A stretch of 64,000 bases of DNA. Source: Rebecca billardiae RCC1528 (lineage: Eukaryota > Protista > Haptophyta). The stretch is from contig OZ251222.1 of assembly GCA_965240325.2 (NCBI GenBank), positions 3,534,001 through 3,598,000 on the forward strand, given 5' to 3'. This document shows, in pieces, positions 30,741 through 41,695 of this stretch (position 1 is the stretch's first letter; the number at the start of each line of letters is the position of its first letter). The notes under the pieces are model-generated. The model was given only the letters and a program-made list of their open reading frames with translations, searched no databases and was not told the origin of the DNA. A program made the translations under genes and the position numbers.

Positions 30741-32616
30741 CTAATACTCGCCCGGCCGTGGCGGAGTCGTCGTGCCGTCGTCGCCAGCCGCCGGCGGCGC
30801 CGCCGCGGTCACGCCGTCGCCCTCCCCTGGGGGTATTTCCAGGAAGGCACGGAGCGGCTCGAGCCACGCCTCCTCGGCCGCCTTGTCCTCGTCGCACCGC
30901 CGCACCAGCAGGGAGAGGTACTCGCCCAGGCGCACGGCCTTCTCCTGCGGGCGCGGCGGCGGTGTGGGCATGAGTATGGGTGCGCGCACGCGTCGCGGTC
31001 AGCAGGCGCACGCGCGCACCTGGAGGTACGACGGCTCGAACCGGTTCCAGATGTGCGTCTTGGGCAGCCGGGGCGGCGGCTCGTTGGTCGAGAGGTTGGC
31101 CAGCGTCGCGTGCAGCGCCTGGAACTCGGAGAAGCGGTGCTGCGTGATCAGCGTGCGCCCGCTCGAGCAGACCGTGCGGATGACGAACACGACGAACTGC
31201 GAGGCGCGCCCGTCGCGGACCACCTTGTACCCATCGATCGAGATGGTAGGCGGCCGGTCGCCTCCCCACGCGCCGACCGAGCCGCCGCCGCCCGCGGCCG
31301 CGCCCGCGCCCGCGACGCTCGGCAGGGGCTCCGCCGAGGCAAGCGTGCGCGCCCACTCGGTCCACTCCTCGCCGCCCGGCGCGCCCGCGAGCGGCGGGAG
31401 CCGCCTGCTCCCGTTCGGCTCGGCGCCACCCCCGACTGCAAGCGCGTGGCGTGCGCCGCCCACCGCGCCGCCCTTGCGCACGCCCTTTGGCGTGCTGCCG
31501 CGCGCCGTGTGCCGCCGGCCGTGCGCGAGCGGCGCCCAGCGCTCGTAGTCGCCGGCGGTGTTCGCGCGCAGCATGAGCGACACGCCCTCCGGCTGCTCCA
31601 CGCGCACGGCGAGCACGTCGTCCACGAGCTCGATGCGGCAGCCCGCGAGCGAGAGCGTGCGCACGTCGCGCGAGTGCAGCCACTCGGGCTCGCGGTCGTA
31701 GTAGTCGAGGGCGCACCGCTCGGCCGAGAGGCAGAACCAGCGGTACGTGAGCGAGACGGCGTGCAGCATGGACGAGGGGTTGCCGCGCTTGCGCAGCCAG
31801 CCCGTCTTGTGCGCGCAGAAGAAGAGCTCGGGCGGCGAGAAGGCCCACGCGCCCGACGGCACCACCGCCGAGCCGTCGGCCGCACCGCCCGCGCCCGCGG
31901 CCGCGGCGCCTCCTCCGGGCTCCGCGCCGCCGCCGCCGCCGCCTCCATTGCCGCCGCCGCCGACGCCGCCGCCGACGCCGACGCCGCCGTTGACGCCCGG
32001 CTCGGTCGCGCCGAGCAGCTCGGCGCACGACTCCGCGCCATGGCCGAGCGGCGGCGCGCGCGCTCTCGCGCCCAGCGGGCCGCTCGCGAGCGCGGCCGCG
32101 GCGCCCAGCACGTCCTCCTCCCACGAGGGCGGCGCACGGCCGGCTCGCGCGTCGGCGAGCGCGCGCTTGTGCGCCTCCTGCACCTCGCGGCACGCGGAGA
32201 ACCACGCGTCCGCGTCCGCCGCGTCGGCGAGCACCATCTCGTACGTGCGCGCGCTCGTGTGCACGAGCAGCGACGCGCTGCCCGCGCCGCTCGCCGCGGA
32301 CGAGTCGGTGCGCACCGTCACGTCCGCGGTCGCAAGGTCGATCGAGCCCTTGCGCGCGACGGCGGTGGTGACGCTCGGCGCAAAGAGGCGGAGCTGGTCG
32401 TCCTGGCACACGCAGAAGTGGTCCGAGAGGAAGCCCGTCAGCGAGTCGTGCACGAGCATGTAGCAGCACAGCTGCGCCGGCCGCGCGATGTCGAACGGCA
32501 CCCACGGCTCCGGCAGCAGCGCGCCGAGCGTCTCGCCGTCCACCGCCGAGGCGGGCAGCCGCATCGGCGGCGTGCCCAGCCGGGCTGGGAGCGTGCGCGC
32601 GCCCGTCGCGCCCAGC

Positions 32617-32656
<40 letters not shown>

Positions 32657-33379
32657 TCGCGAGCCCTCCGACGCGCGTGGCCGGCGCACTCGTGCCGCCG
32701 CCGCCGGCGGCGGCAGCAGCGGCGGTCGCCGCGGCGGCGTCGGTGGCGGCGTCGGCGGGCGCGGCCGCCTCGGGCGCGTCGGCCGCGGGCGCGGGCGCGG
32801 GCGCTTCGGGCGGCGCGGGCAGCGCCGGCGCGTCGACCGCGGCGCGGAACGCGGCGCGCGCGAGGAGCCACTCGCCGATCGGCGCGCACAGCTGCGCGAG
32901 CACGAACAGCCCCACGTCGTCGTTCGTCCAGTACGCCGAGTGCGAGGGCAGTGCAAACAGGTTGTCAGACACCCAGTTGGACGACTTTTGCACCTCCCAG
33001 TCCGTGCGCTGCTCGGGCGCGCGGAGGCGGAGCTCGCTCGCCCAGGCGAGGAGCTTGAGCAGCGCGTGCGACGGCGCCGCCGCGCGCGGCAGCGCGCGCG
33101 CGCGCTCCACCCGGTTCGGCCGCTCGAACGCCCAGCCGCCCTCCTGCGTCGGCGGGCGCATCAGCGGCTCCAGCCGGTGCGCGACCGGGTCGATCGCGTA
33201 GTACAGCGAGAAGAAGGAGCCGCACCGCGGGTGCAGCGGGTGGCGCGGCGCGCCGAGCGCGTCGGCGGGCGTGGGGAGCAGCGGGGCGGACGCCGCGCTC
33301 AGCAGCGCCGGCGACACGCGCGGCCGCGGCGAGCCCTGCGGCGAGAGGTGCGGCGACGGCTGCGTCGGCTGGGGCGCCG

Positions 33380-33416
<37 letters not shown>

Positions 33417-34385
33417 GCCGGGCAGCGGCATCGCCGGCGGCGAGGCGCTGCGGCTGCCGACGCCGTTGGGCGCGTCGGCGCTCGCCGGGGCGGGCGCGGG
33501 CGGGCGCGGCGGCACGGCCGGCCGGGGCGGCGGCGGCGGCGTGCAGCCGCGCGAGAGCAGGAACGCCGAGACCGGCGAGCCGATCGCGAAGAAATGGTCG
33601 ACGGCAAAGTCGAGCGATGGCCGGCGCAGCGTGGGCGCGCGGTAGCCGCGGCCGACGCCGTCGCCGCCGCCGAGCAGGTCGTACACGATCATCGAGCCGA
33701 GCGAGTGCCCCACGATCGACACGCCCCCGCGGAACCCCGGGTGCTCCTTCATGTACGCCGCGTACCGGCCGTTCATCTGGCTGCTCACCTCGTCCAGGAT
33801 GATCTGGCCGTACGACGGCTGCACGTAGTACAGGATGTCCATGAGGTACTCGCCGGCGAACCAGCGCATGTCGGAGGGGGTCGCGCCGGGGAGCGTCGAG
33901 AGCGTCGCGAAGTTCTGGTCCAGCCCGCGCGCGCGCACGCGCGAGTGCCACTCGATCGCGCGCACGTCGACGTGCACGGGCAGCTGGCTGAAGTGCGCGT
34001 CGAGCAGCCGCCGCAGCGTCTGGCGGAACTCGAGGTTGCCGCCCGTGCGCAGGCCGGCGGTGCCGTCCCACGAGGTGCACTTGTCCTCGTCGAAGTCGTC
34101 GTGCCGGCCGATCCCGTGCACGATGAAGATCAGCTGCCGCACCGCCGGCGGCCGCGGCCGCGTGTCCTCGGCGCGCGCGCGCGCGCCGCGCAGCCGCGCC
34201 TCGTTCCACAGCGGCGCGCGCGGGCCGACGGCGGGCGGCGGGCCGGCCGAGCTCGGTGGCGACGTCGGATGCGCCACCACGGGGCCGCTCGCCACGCTCA
34301 GCACCGCCGCCACCCGCCCCGAGTCGCACACATCGATGCGCACAGAGACAGCGCCGGCGACCATTCTTTTTGCCGCCGCTTGCAT
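30741..34385 (-). CDS. DDHD-family (PA-preferring) phospholipase A1 fused to PH, PH and PX domains; intron 30945-31019
   Basis: Lipase motifs LIFIVHGIG, IEWH, DILYY, GHSLG, FFAIGSP, DPVAHRLEP and SHSAYW. Then PH-like (KGSIDL...RTYEM.....DADAWF; KTGWLRKRG...RWFCL) and PX-like (FVVFVI...HRFSEFQALH..L....PP.LPK) regions. The PX helix is completed by the exon at 30741-30944. Start uncertain. Confidence 0.85.
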
Positions 34386-34530
34386 CCGCACGACTTTGCC
34401 GACCGTGACCCAACCGGACTGCACAACCGGACTTCTCCGACCGGCCAATCAGGAAGCCTGACCGCGCGCAAGTTGAAATCTCGAAATCCGTCAAGCCCGT
34501 GCAGCCGCTCAAACGAGACAGCGACAAGCA

Positions 34531-36145
34531 ATGTTCGGCGTGTGGCGCGCGGCGATAATTGCAGCATGCCTCGCCGGCGGGGGCGGCGGCGTGGCGGCGA
34601 GCGAGCGCGCGCTTGTGGTCTCCCAGACGCACGGCGCGCCGCCGATACGCATGCGCCTCGACCAGCTGCGCACCGCGCTCAGGCGCGACGTCCTCAAGCT
34701 GCCGTCGTTTGTCTCGGGGACGAAGCGGCGGAAGCGCAACGTGCTCATCCTCATGTCTGACACGGGCGGCGGCCACCGCGCCTCGGCGATCGCGCTCAAG
34801 GCGGCGATGGAGGAGCTCCACCCGAATCGCCTCAACGTCACCATCGTCGACATGTACGCGCAGTGCGCCGCCCTGCCGTGGCGCTGGATCCCGCACATGT
34901 ACCGGCGGCTCGCAAAGAAGCCGCTGCAGTGGCGGCTCACCGTGCTGCTCTTCGCGGACTTCCGCCCGGTGCGCACGTTCTGCGAGTGGTGGATCCACTA
35001 CTCGACCGCGAGCGGCCTGCGCCAAGTGCTCGAGTCCTTCGAGCCCGACCTCGTCGTGAGCATGCACGCGATGTGCAACATCTACCCGCTCGCGGTGCTG
35101 CGCCGGCTAGGCGGCGGCCGGCGGCGCATCCCCGTCGTCACGGTGGTGACGGACCTGACGACGGTGCACTCGGCGTGGTTCGACAAGGGCGTGGACGCGT
35201 GCTTCGTCGCCTCGGAGGAGGCCGCCGCCGTCGCGCGCTCCAGAGGCCTCAAGCCCTCGCAGCTCCGGCTGTACGGCCTGCCGATCCACCCGATGTTTGG
35301 GCGGCGCGGCGCGGGCAAGGGCGCGCTGCGCAAGCGCGTGGGCGTGACGGCGCACAAGCCGCTCGTGCTGCTCGTCGGCGGGGGCGACGGCGTGGGCGGG
35401 CTGGGGCGCCTTGCCGACGTCGTGGCGGCCGAGCTCGGCCAGCGCTTCCCCGGGCAGGTCCAGCTGCTCGTCGTGTGCGGGAAAAACGAGCGGGTGTGTG
35501 CGCGCGCGCGCGCGCGGCGCCGATGCGCGCCGCGCGCGGCCGGCGGCGCGACCGCCGCGCTCGCGGCTGAGCGCCGCGCGCCGCGCGCCGCGCCCGCGCC
35601 GCCCCGCTCGCAGGTGCGCCAAGACCTGTGCGCGAAGAGCTGGCCCGGCGTGGACGTCTTCATCCGCGGCTTCGTCAAGCCGATGAGCGACTTCATGGGC
35701 GCGGCCGAGGTGGTGATCACCAAGGCGGGGCCGGGCACGGTGATGGAGGCGGCCTCGCAGGGGCTGCCTGTGATGCTCTCCGGCTACCTGCCGCCGCAGG
35801 AGTCGGGGAACGTCGACTGCGTGGTCAACGGCGGCTTCGGCGCGTACAGCCGCAAGCCGGCGGTGATCGCGCGCACTGTGTGCGAGTGGCTGGTGCGCGC
35901 GCCGCGCCCCCCGCCGCGCGCGCCGTCGTGCGCGCGCCGCTCGGCGCCAACACGCGCCCCACTGCACGCCCCGCGCCTCTGCCGCGCGCGACACGCAGGC
36001 GGACCCCAAGCTCCTCGCCCAGATGAGCACCAAGGCGAAGCAGGCTGCTCGGCCGCAGGCGGTGTACGCGATCGCGCAAGACATCTGCAACATGCTGCCG
36101 CCGGTCGCGGAGGAGAGGAGACACCCTGCGCGCATCGTCACGTAG
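34531..36145 (+). CDS. MGD: Monogalactosyldiacylglycerol (MGDG) synthase, GT28; join(34531..35493,35614..35892,35999..36145)
   Basis: Motifs VLILMSDTGGGHRASA.AL, PDLVVS.H, TVVTDL..H..WF, VLLVGGG.G.G, ITKAGPGT..EA and P.QE.GNV. Removing two GT-AG introns gives the conserved tail LLAQMS......ARPQAVYAIA. N-terminal signal peptide present. Confidence 0.93.
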
Positions 36146-36800
36146 GCACGTGTTTTCGGGGCGCACGCGCGCCGCCACCAGCCGCGCGCACCGCCGAGCC
36201 GCCGGGCGCACGGCACGCCAGGGATCGAGAGCGTGCGCACGGGTGCACCATCGGCACGGGCAGGGGCCAGGGGCTGGCGTCGCTGCCGCAGATGACCGTG
36301 GTGCGGTAACCGCTGCGACGATGCACACGCCGCCTCTCGAAGTCGATCGGCCGTGCCGTGCCCCAGGCCTCGTGAGCTCGTCCGGACGGCAATGCCGCGC
36401 GCGTTGCCACCGCGCTCACTGTCGGCTCACCGGCGCGTCGTGGGTCGTGCCTCGTGGCCGGTGGCGGCGGCGCGTCGGCGTTGTAATTGGAGAGGATGGG
36501 GTCTGGGGATGGGCGCAAGCCGCATGAGGCTGCTACGCCAGGCTTGCAGCATGACACTGTGCGCGGTCCGCATGATGACACTCCATGATGATGATACGGC
36601 ACTACTGTACTAGCTTTCATACTTAATATGTACTACTACTACAAGGATGATACCCTGCTTACCCCCATTTTCTTCAATAGACAATAGACAATAGACAATA
36701 TAGCAGTAGTAGGTTTGGCGGCAAAGAGGCCGTTCAAAATCCGGCTGAGAAGGGCGGAAGGGTCAAGGGCCGCCGCCCGCGAGCTTGGCGATCGGCGACG

Positions 36801-37349
36801 ATGTCATCGGGGGCTGATCCGCAGAGCCCTTCAGACCGCCTGGTGGCGAGTTTGACGTCCATGGTCGAGCGGGCGGAGCGTCTCCTGGCCGACGACGCTG
36901 GGCCGTTGCTCTCGCCGCGTCGCCTCGCCTTTGGCAGTGGCGCAGCGTACTCGCCGCAAATGCAATCCACGTGCTCGCGCAAGACCATGCGCTCGCCTCT
37001 GCGGCCGCCGCTGTGCGCCGTGTCGCCGGCGCGCGCGCAGGAGCCTCCGACGTCCACGCGCACGCCCGTCTCGGCCACGCGCCGCGCTGCCGAGCACAGC
37101 GCCCTCCTCTCCAACATCGAGAAGATCGTCGAGTCTCGGCTGGCGCACGAGTCGGCCAAGTGGGAGGTGCTGCAGCAGCAGCTCGCCGCGTGCATCCGGA
37201 TCGTGGGCGAGGGCTCGGCGGTCCATGTGCCGCCGCCGCCCCCCGCGCCGCCGCCGCCGCCGGTGGCGCCGCGCGTGCCGCCGCCCACGCGCACACCGAG
37301 CGCTGCGGCGCTGCCAGTGCCCGAGCTCCCTCGCCCGGCAGAGCTGGGC

Positions 37350-37396
<47 letters not shown>

Positions 37397-38595
37397 TCCT
37401 GTGAGCGCACGAGCGCAGGCGCCGCCACGTGCCGAGCCTCCTCCGGCGTGCGCACCCACGGGCAGGCCTGCGCCCGCGCCACCGCCGCCGCCTGTGCCCG
37501 CGCGGCCGAGAGGCGGCAAGGCGGGCGGCAGCGGCAGCGCGGCCGACGCGATGAAGGCGGCGATCCGGAGGCGCGCGAACACGAAGCTGGTGCAGCGCAA
37601 GGAGGAGGTGCTCGCCCTCATCTCGCACGCCCTCGACACCCCGCTCGCCACGCCCGACGCCGCCGCCGCCCTCGCGCGCACGCTGGAGGGCAGTGCGGAC
37701 GAGCTCGGCCTGCAGCTGTGCGGCGCCGAGGGCTGGGCGCAGCGGCTGGAGATTGGGAAGAAGGGCGCGGCGGGGGAGTGGCACTTCAGCGAGGCGGAGC
37801 GCGCGCGGGCGGCGGAGGCGCAGCTGCGCCTGCTCGCCGCGCGCTCCGTGCGTACGTGGACCGAGCAGCTCCGCGCGCAGGCAGATGCGGCCACGCGCGC
37901 GGCGGACGACGCGAGCGCGGCGCGCGGCGCGAGCGCGCGCCGGGGGCGCGGCGCGGGCGGAGGAGCGGCGCGCTCGCGCGGGCAGCAGGTGGAGCACTGC
38001 CGCGACGTGGTGCACGGCGCACTGCGCACGTGGCGCGCCATCTTCGACGACCCCTCCTTCCGCGGCGCCGCGCGCGACATGGCCGCGCGCGCGGTGCCGC
38101 ACGCCCTCCCCGCCGAGGCCGAGCGTCTCGTGCGCGCGCTCGGCGCGCTCGGGCACACGCTGGCCGCGCTGGCGAGGGACGAGCTGGTGCGCGCGGCGCG
38201 GGCGCGGCGCGCGCGCGCGGTGTGCCCCGCGCGCGGCGGCTGAGGCGGCGCCCTCCCCTCGCCCCCTCCCCGCGCCGCAGGAGAGCCTGAGCGCGGAGCG
38301 GCTGGCGATGACGCGCCGCTATCGCGCGCCGCAGAGCGCCGCGCTGCTGCACGGCTGCCTGGCGCTGCTGCACGAGCTGGCAGGGCTGCCCTCCGCGCCC
38401 GCGTGCGAGGGCGCGGTGGCGTCGGACGCGGACGACGCGATGCCCGCGCCGGTCGACCCGTCGGAGCTCGCCGCGCACTCGCGCACGGTGTCGGCCGCGC
38501 TCGAGGCGCTCTACACCCTCGAGCCCTCGGCCGCGCCCGGCGCGCGCGCGGCGGACGCGCTTGCCGGCGACGAGTCGGACGACGATGCCGTCTGA
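36801..38595 (+). CDS. Proline-rich protein with a WH2-like motif; intron 38187-38280
   Basis: Coiled-coil-like segment, poly-Pro tracts, then AADAMKAAIRRRANTKL. A GT..CTGAG..CAG intron links the 36801 and 37693 ORFs in phase 0. Confidence 0.65.
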
Positions 38596-38815
38596 ATCAG
38601 CAGTAGTAGCAGCCACCTCGTGGGCGACTCGTAGTACGTCCACGAAGGACTGCGTCCGGCGTGCTGCACTCGAACGGGCGCTAGCTGCACTAGTAGCGCG
38701 ATCGGCTCCGGTGACTCCGCGTATTAAACGGTCATTACTCTCTATAAGTATCAGTCACTATGACCATTACACGCCGTATATATTATATTATATAACTAGC
38801 GCCGAGCACTCGAGC

Positions 38816-38818
<3 letters not shown>

Positions 38819-38874
<56 letters not shown>

Positions 38875-38956
38875 TCCGTGACGAGGCATCGTCAATAATA
38901 AATGTCGCGTAGTCGTTGTAGAATTTTCCGTACATACAGTAGTCGTAGCAGCTCAG

Positions 38957-39011
<55 letters not shown>
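38819..39011 (+). repeat. Two (AG)n microsatellites (38819-38870, ~38966-39011)
   Basis: Seen directly in the sequence. Confidence 0.95.
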
Positions 39012-39014
<3 letters not shown>

Positions 39015-40090
39015 GACTGTCGTCATAGTTAGTCAGCGGTAAGTCACGGTCATCCAATAAGACCAAATGCTCGTGAGGCCGTGTCAGTGCCTCAGTCGTG
39101 GTCTGTACCAGACCATCGCCGCTCAAAGGGCCGCGCGCTCCCGTGGCGGACAAACATAAATATAAACAGTCGTTCGTCCGTCCGGGTTAATACTTCTATG
39201 CCCCGGTGACGAGATATCGTACGGTTCCGGGGCCCGGGCCGCCGCCAGGCGCGGGCGTGCGAGATGGACGAGCCTAGCCAGCCTTGAAGCGCGTCCTGCG
39301 TCGCCGGCGGCGGCGGCTCGCACCCGGGGGGCGCGTCGCGTGCACCGACCAACATACATCTTTCGGCAACCCGCCCACGCCGGCCCACGCAGGGTTCGTT
39401 GGTCTTGTGCTCGGGCGGCGGGACCACAACTACACCCGCTGTCCAACCGCCCGGTCTTGCGGCGCTGCAATTAGGGCTTATCATGTGACCCCCCTGCGCG
39501 TCCCAACACGCGGAGACGATGGCGTTCTTCGAGTGACTGGACGCGCCGCCGCGCTGGCACTGGCAGCAGCGACCGCAGCGCCACGCGGACACAGTGGCGG
39601 CCGGCGCTGACTGATATATGACTCATCGTCACTTTCATCAGATCGATGATGAGTCACTGAGCGACTGACAGATGCTGTGAGATGACTCGCGCCATGTCGG
39701 CGAATATGCTGATGCTGAGTTTACGTACAGATCTGATGATGAGCGACCTGACGACAATGCTCAGATGGAGTACTATAATTCTATCGGAATTCGGATGCCA
39801 ACGCCTGTATGACCGCTATAGTATTGACATATACTACTCTACTACTTATACACGCGCGCCTACTACCGCGGCGCAGCGCGGCATACGTCGAAGACCGCGA
39901 CCTGCGCTGCTGCTTATGATTGGTATGCTGAACTAGCTACTGCAGCGCGCCTGCGGAGTGCGGAGCGAGTTGCCGCGGCTGCCAGCCGGCCGCTCAGCCG
40001 CGCCCAGCCAGACTCAGAATGGCGGCGCGACGACGAGCTGCTCCGAATGAAAGTGGTCGCCGACGGGGTACATGTGCGCACGCCTACGTA

Positions 40091-40762
40091 TCATGCGCGA
40101 CTCATCGTGCTCGAGAGCGGCGTGGCCGGCGTGATCTGCGGAGTGCCGTACGGGTCGGGGTCCGGCATCTCCGAGCGCTTCCACTCGCGCTGCCACATGA
40201 TCATCACGTTCATGCCCGAGAGGATGGTAATCTGGCCTGGCTCGTCGTCGACGATGTGCGAGCCGATGTTGTCCAAGTAGATGGTTCCGTCTGGTCCACG
40301 GAAGAAGATGGCCCGCTGCTCCACGGTTGGGTTCGGAACAGCCACATGCATGTCAACAGGTCTGCCGTTGTCACCCATCACTTTGTGGACTTCAGTGTGC
40401 GTGCCTCCCGACAGAATGATGGTGCTGTTCCTCGTGTTGAAGAAAGCCTCGGTGTACTGGTGCTGAGCGCTTCCCACGCTTGACTGAAGGGGCTGGACCT
40501 TCCAGTTGCCCGACAGAATCTTGTGCACGTGCTCGAGCTCGGGGCCAACGAGTTCGACGGCGCCCTTTGGGATGCCAACCACTTCCGCGGAGTGGATTTT
40601 GCGGCAGTACCACAGCGTGCACGGGTAGCAGACGAAGCAAGTGAACGCGCACGAACGGCACAGCGCTGTCCTCAGCTCGTCCCACGTCTCGTCGTCGACG
40701 AGCAGGACTTGCTTGTGCGAGCCATCCTGCGTGACGGCGAGCACCGGCACGTGGGCACCCAT
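40091..40762 (-). CDS. Orphan 223-aa protein with a Cys-rich hydrophobic segment
   Basis: Intronless ORF with globular-looking composition and less extreme GC than its neighbours. Contains LCRSCAFTCFVCYPCTLWYC. Confidence 0.6.
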   Translation of the reverse strand: MGAHVPVLAVTQDGSHKQVLLVDDETWDELRTALCRSCAFTCFVCYPCTLWYCRKIHSAEVVGIPKGAVELVGPELEHVHKILSGNWKVQPLQSSVGSAQHQYTEAFFNTRNSTIILSGGTHTEVHKVMGDNGRPVDMHVAVPNPTVEQRAIFFRGPDGTIYLDNIGSHIVDDEPGQITILSGMNVMIMWQREWKRSEMPDPDPYGTPQITPATPLSSTMSRA

Positions 40763-41128
40763 GCGTGGTCAGGCAAGCCCATCGAGACGCTGGGCGAGTG
40801 CGAAAGCCTGCGTGCCGGCTCGCGACTCACGAGCGCACGCAGATGCACGGCGGACGTGATGCTCGTCGCGCGCGCACCTGCCACACGGGCTCGCCGTTGT
40901 TGATTATCCCTGGCATGCGCGGAAGGACCGCTCCCGAGCTGCTGAGTGAGGGTGCACTGCCCACCCGCACTTCGAGGTCCCGGGAATCGCCGTCACGAAA
41001 CGAGGCAGCTTTCCAGATCCGCCAATTAAATAGATGAGGTTCGTGTCAGATGCGCGGTATCCCAGTCGCTCCCGACCGACGACGATCGCCACAGAGTACT
41101 GTGCACGTTAAAAACATAGTAAACTGTC

Positions 41129-41175
41129 TCTCGCCTGCCTGAGCTGTGTGCGTCTCTTATTCTTAGTAAACTGTA
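41129..41175 (-). mobile_element. Copy G of the 55-bp element
   Basis: TCTCGCCTGCCTGAGCTGTGTGCGTCTCTTATTCTTAGTAAACTGTA. TAGTAAACTGT also occurs immediately left, at 41117-41127. Confidence 0.9.
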
Positions 41176-41182
41176 ACGGAAC

Positions 41183-41267
41183 GGGGGCTGGCCAGTGTAC
41201 CTGGTAGGGCTGGAGGCTTCGGCCGCCAGTCTGATCACCCGGAGGCCGTTACAAAGGGGAATCTTAA
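41183..41267 (+). mobile_element. Truncated terminal copy of the 14397-16022 element
   Basis: GGGGGCTGGCCAG..GTAGGGCTGGAGGCTTCGGCCGCCAGTCTGATCACCCGGAG.CCGTTA.AAAGGGGAAT matches ~15945-16020. Confidence 0.9.
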
Positions 41268-41695
41268 TTAAGAGTCGTGCTATGATACTCGTACTTTTTA
41301 CCCGCCACGGGACCCCCATACCCGGCAATTAGCTGATTTCAGCCGATACCTCTGATCAAAACCAGCAGCTATTAGCTAATTGCCGGTCGGATGCGGCCCG
41401 AGTGCGCAGCAAACCCTTGGTACATTATGGTACGTATTATTGTATCATGGGATTGTTGTTCCTCGGAAACAAAGTGCGAGCGGCAGCCAGCGCTCGGGCC
41501 GAGCGCGCGGCAAGAAGAAGGGCCGCTCGAAGCCGACAGACGCGCGGTGAGAGATGGATCCCAAGAACACTGTCACATATGTACGTCGTAGTAGTGCCGA
41601 TGTGCGCTGGCGCGATGATGACGCTTGATGACTATCCTGGCACGAGCGAGGAGTAGCTTAAGAGCAAGCACGCGATGAGAGAGGCAGAGCGCAGC

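Noticed and set aside
31053-35067. Long overlapping ORFs (31053..34760+, 32965..35067-, and similarly 19301+, 20214-, 42965+, 54012-)
   Set aside because: Arg/Ala-rich off-frame or antisense translations, expected from stop-codon scarcity at very high GC.
41117-41175. 11-bp TAGTAAACTGT as a target-site duplication of copy G
   Set aside because: The same 11-mer is the element's own end in copy C, so this is a partial tandem or end duplication rather than a TSD.
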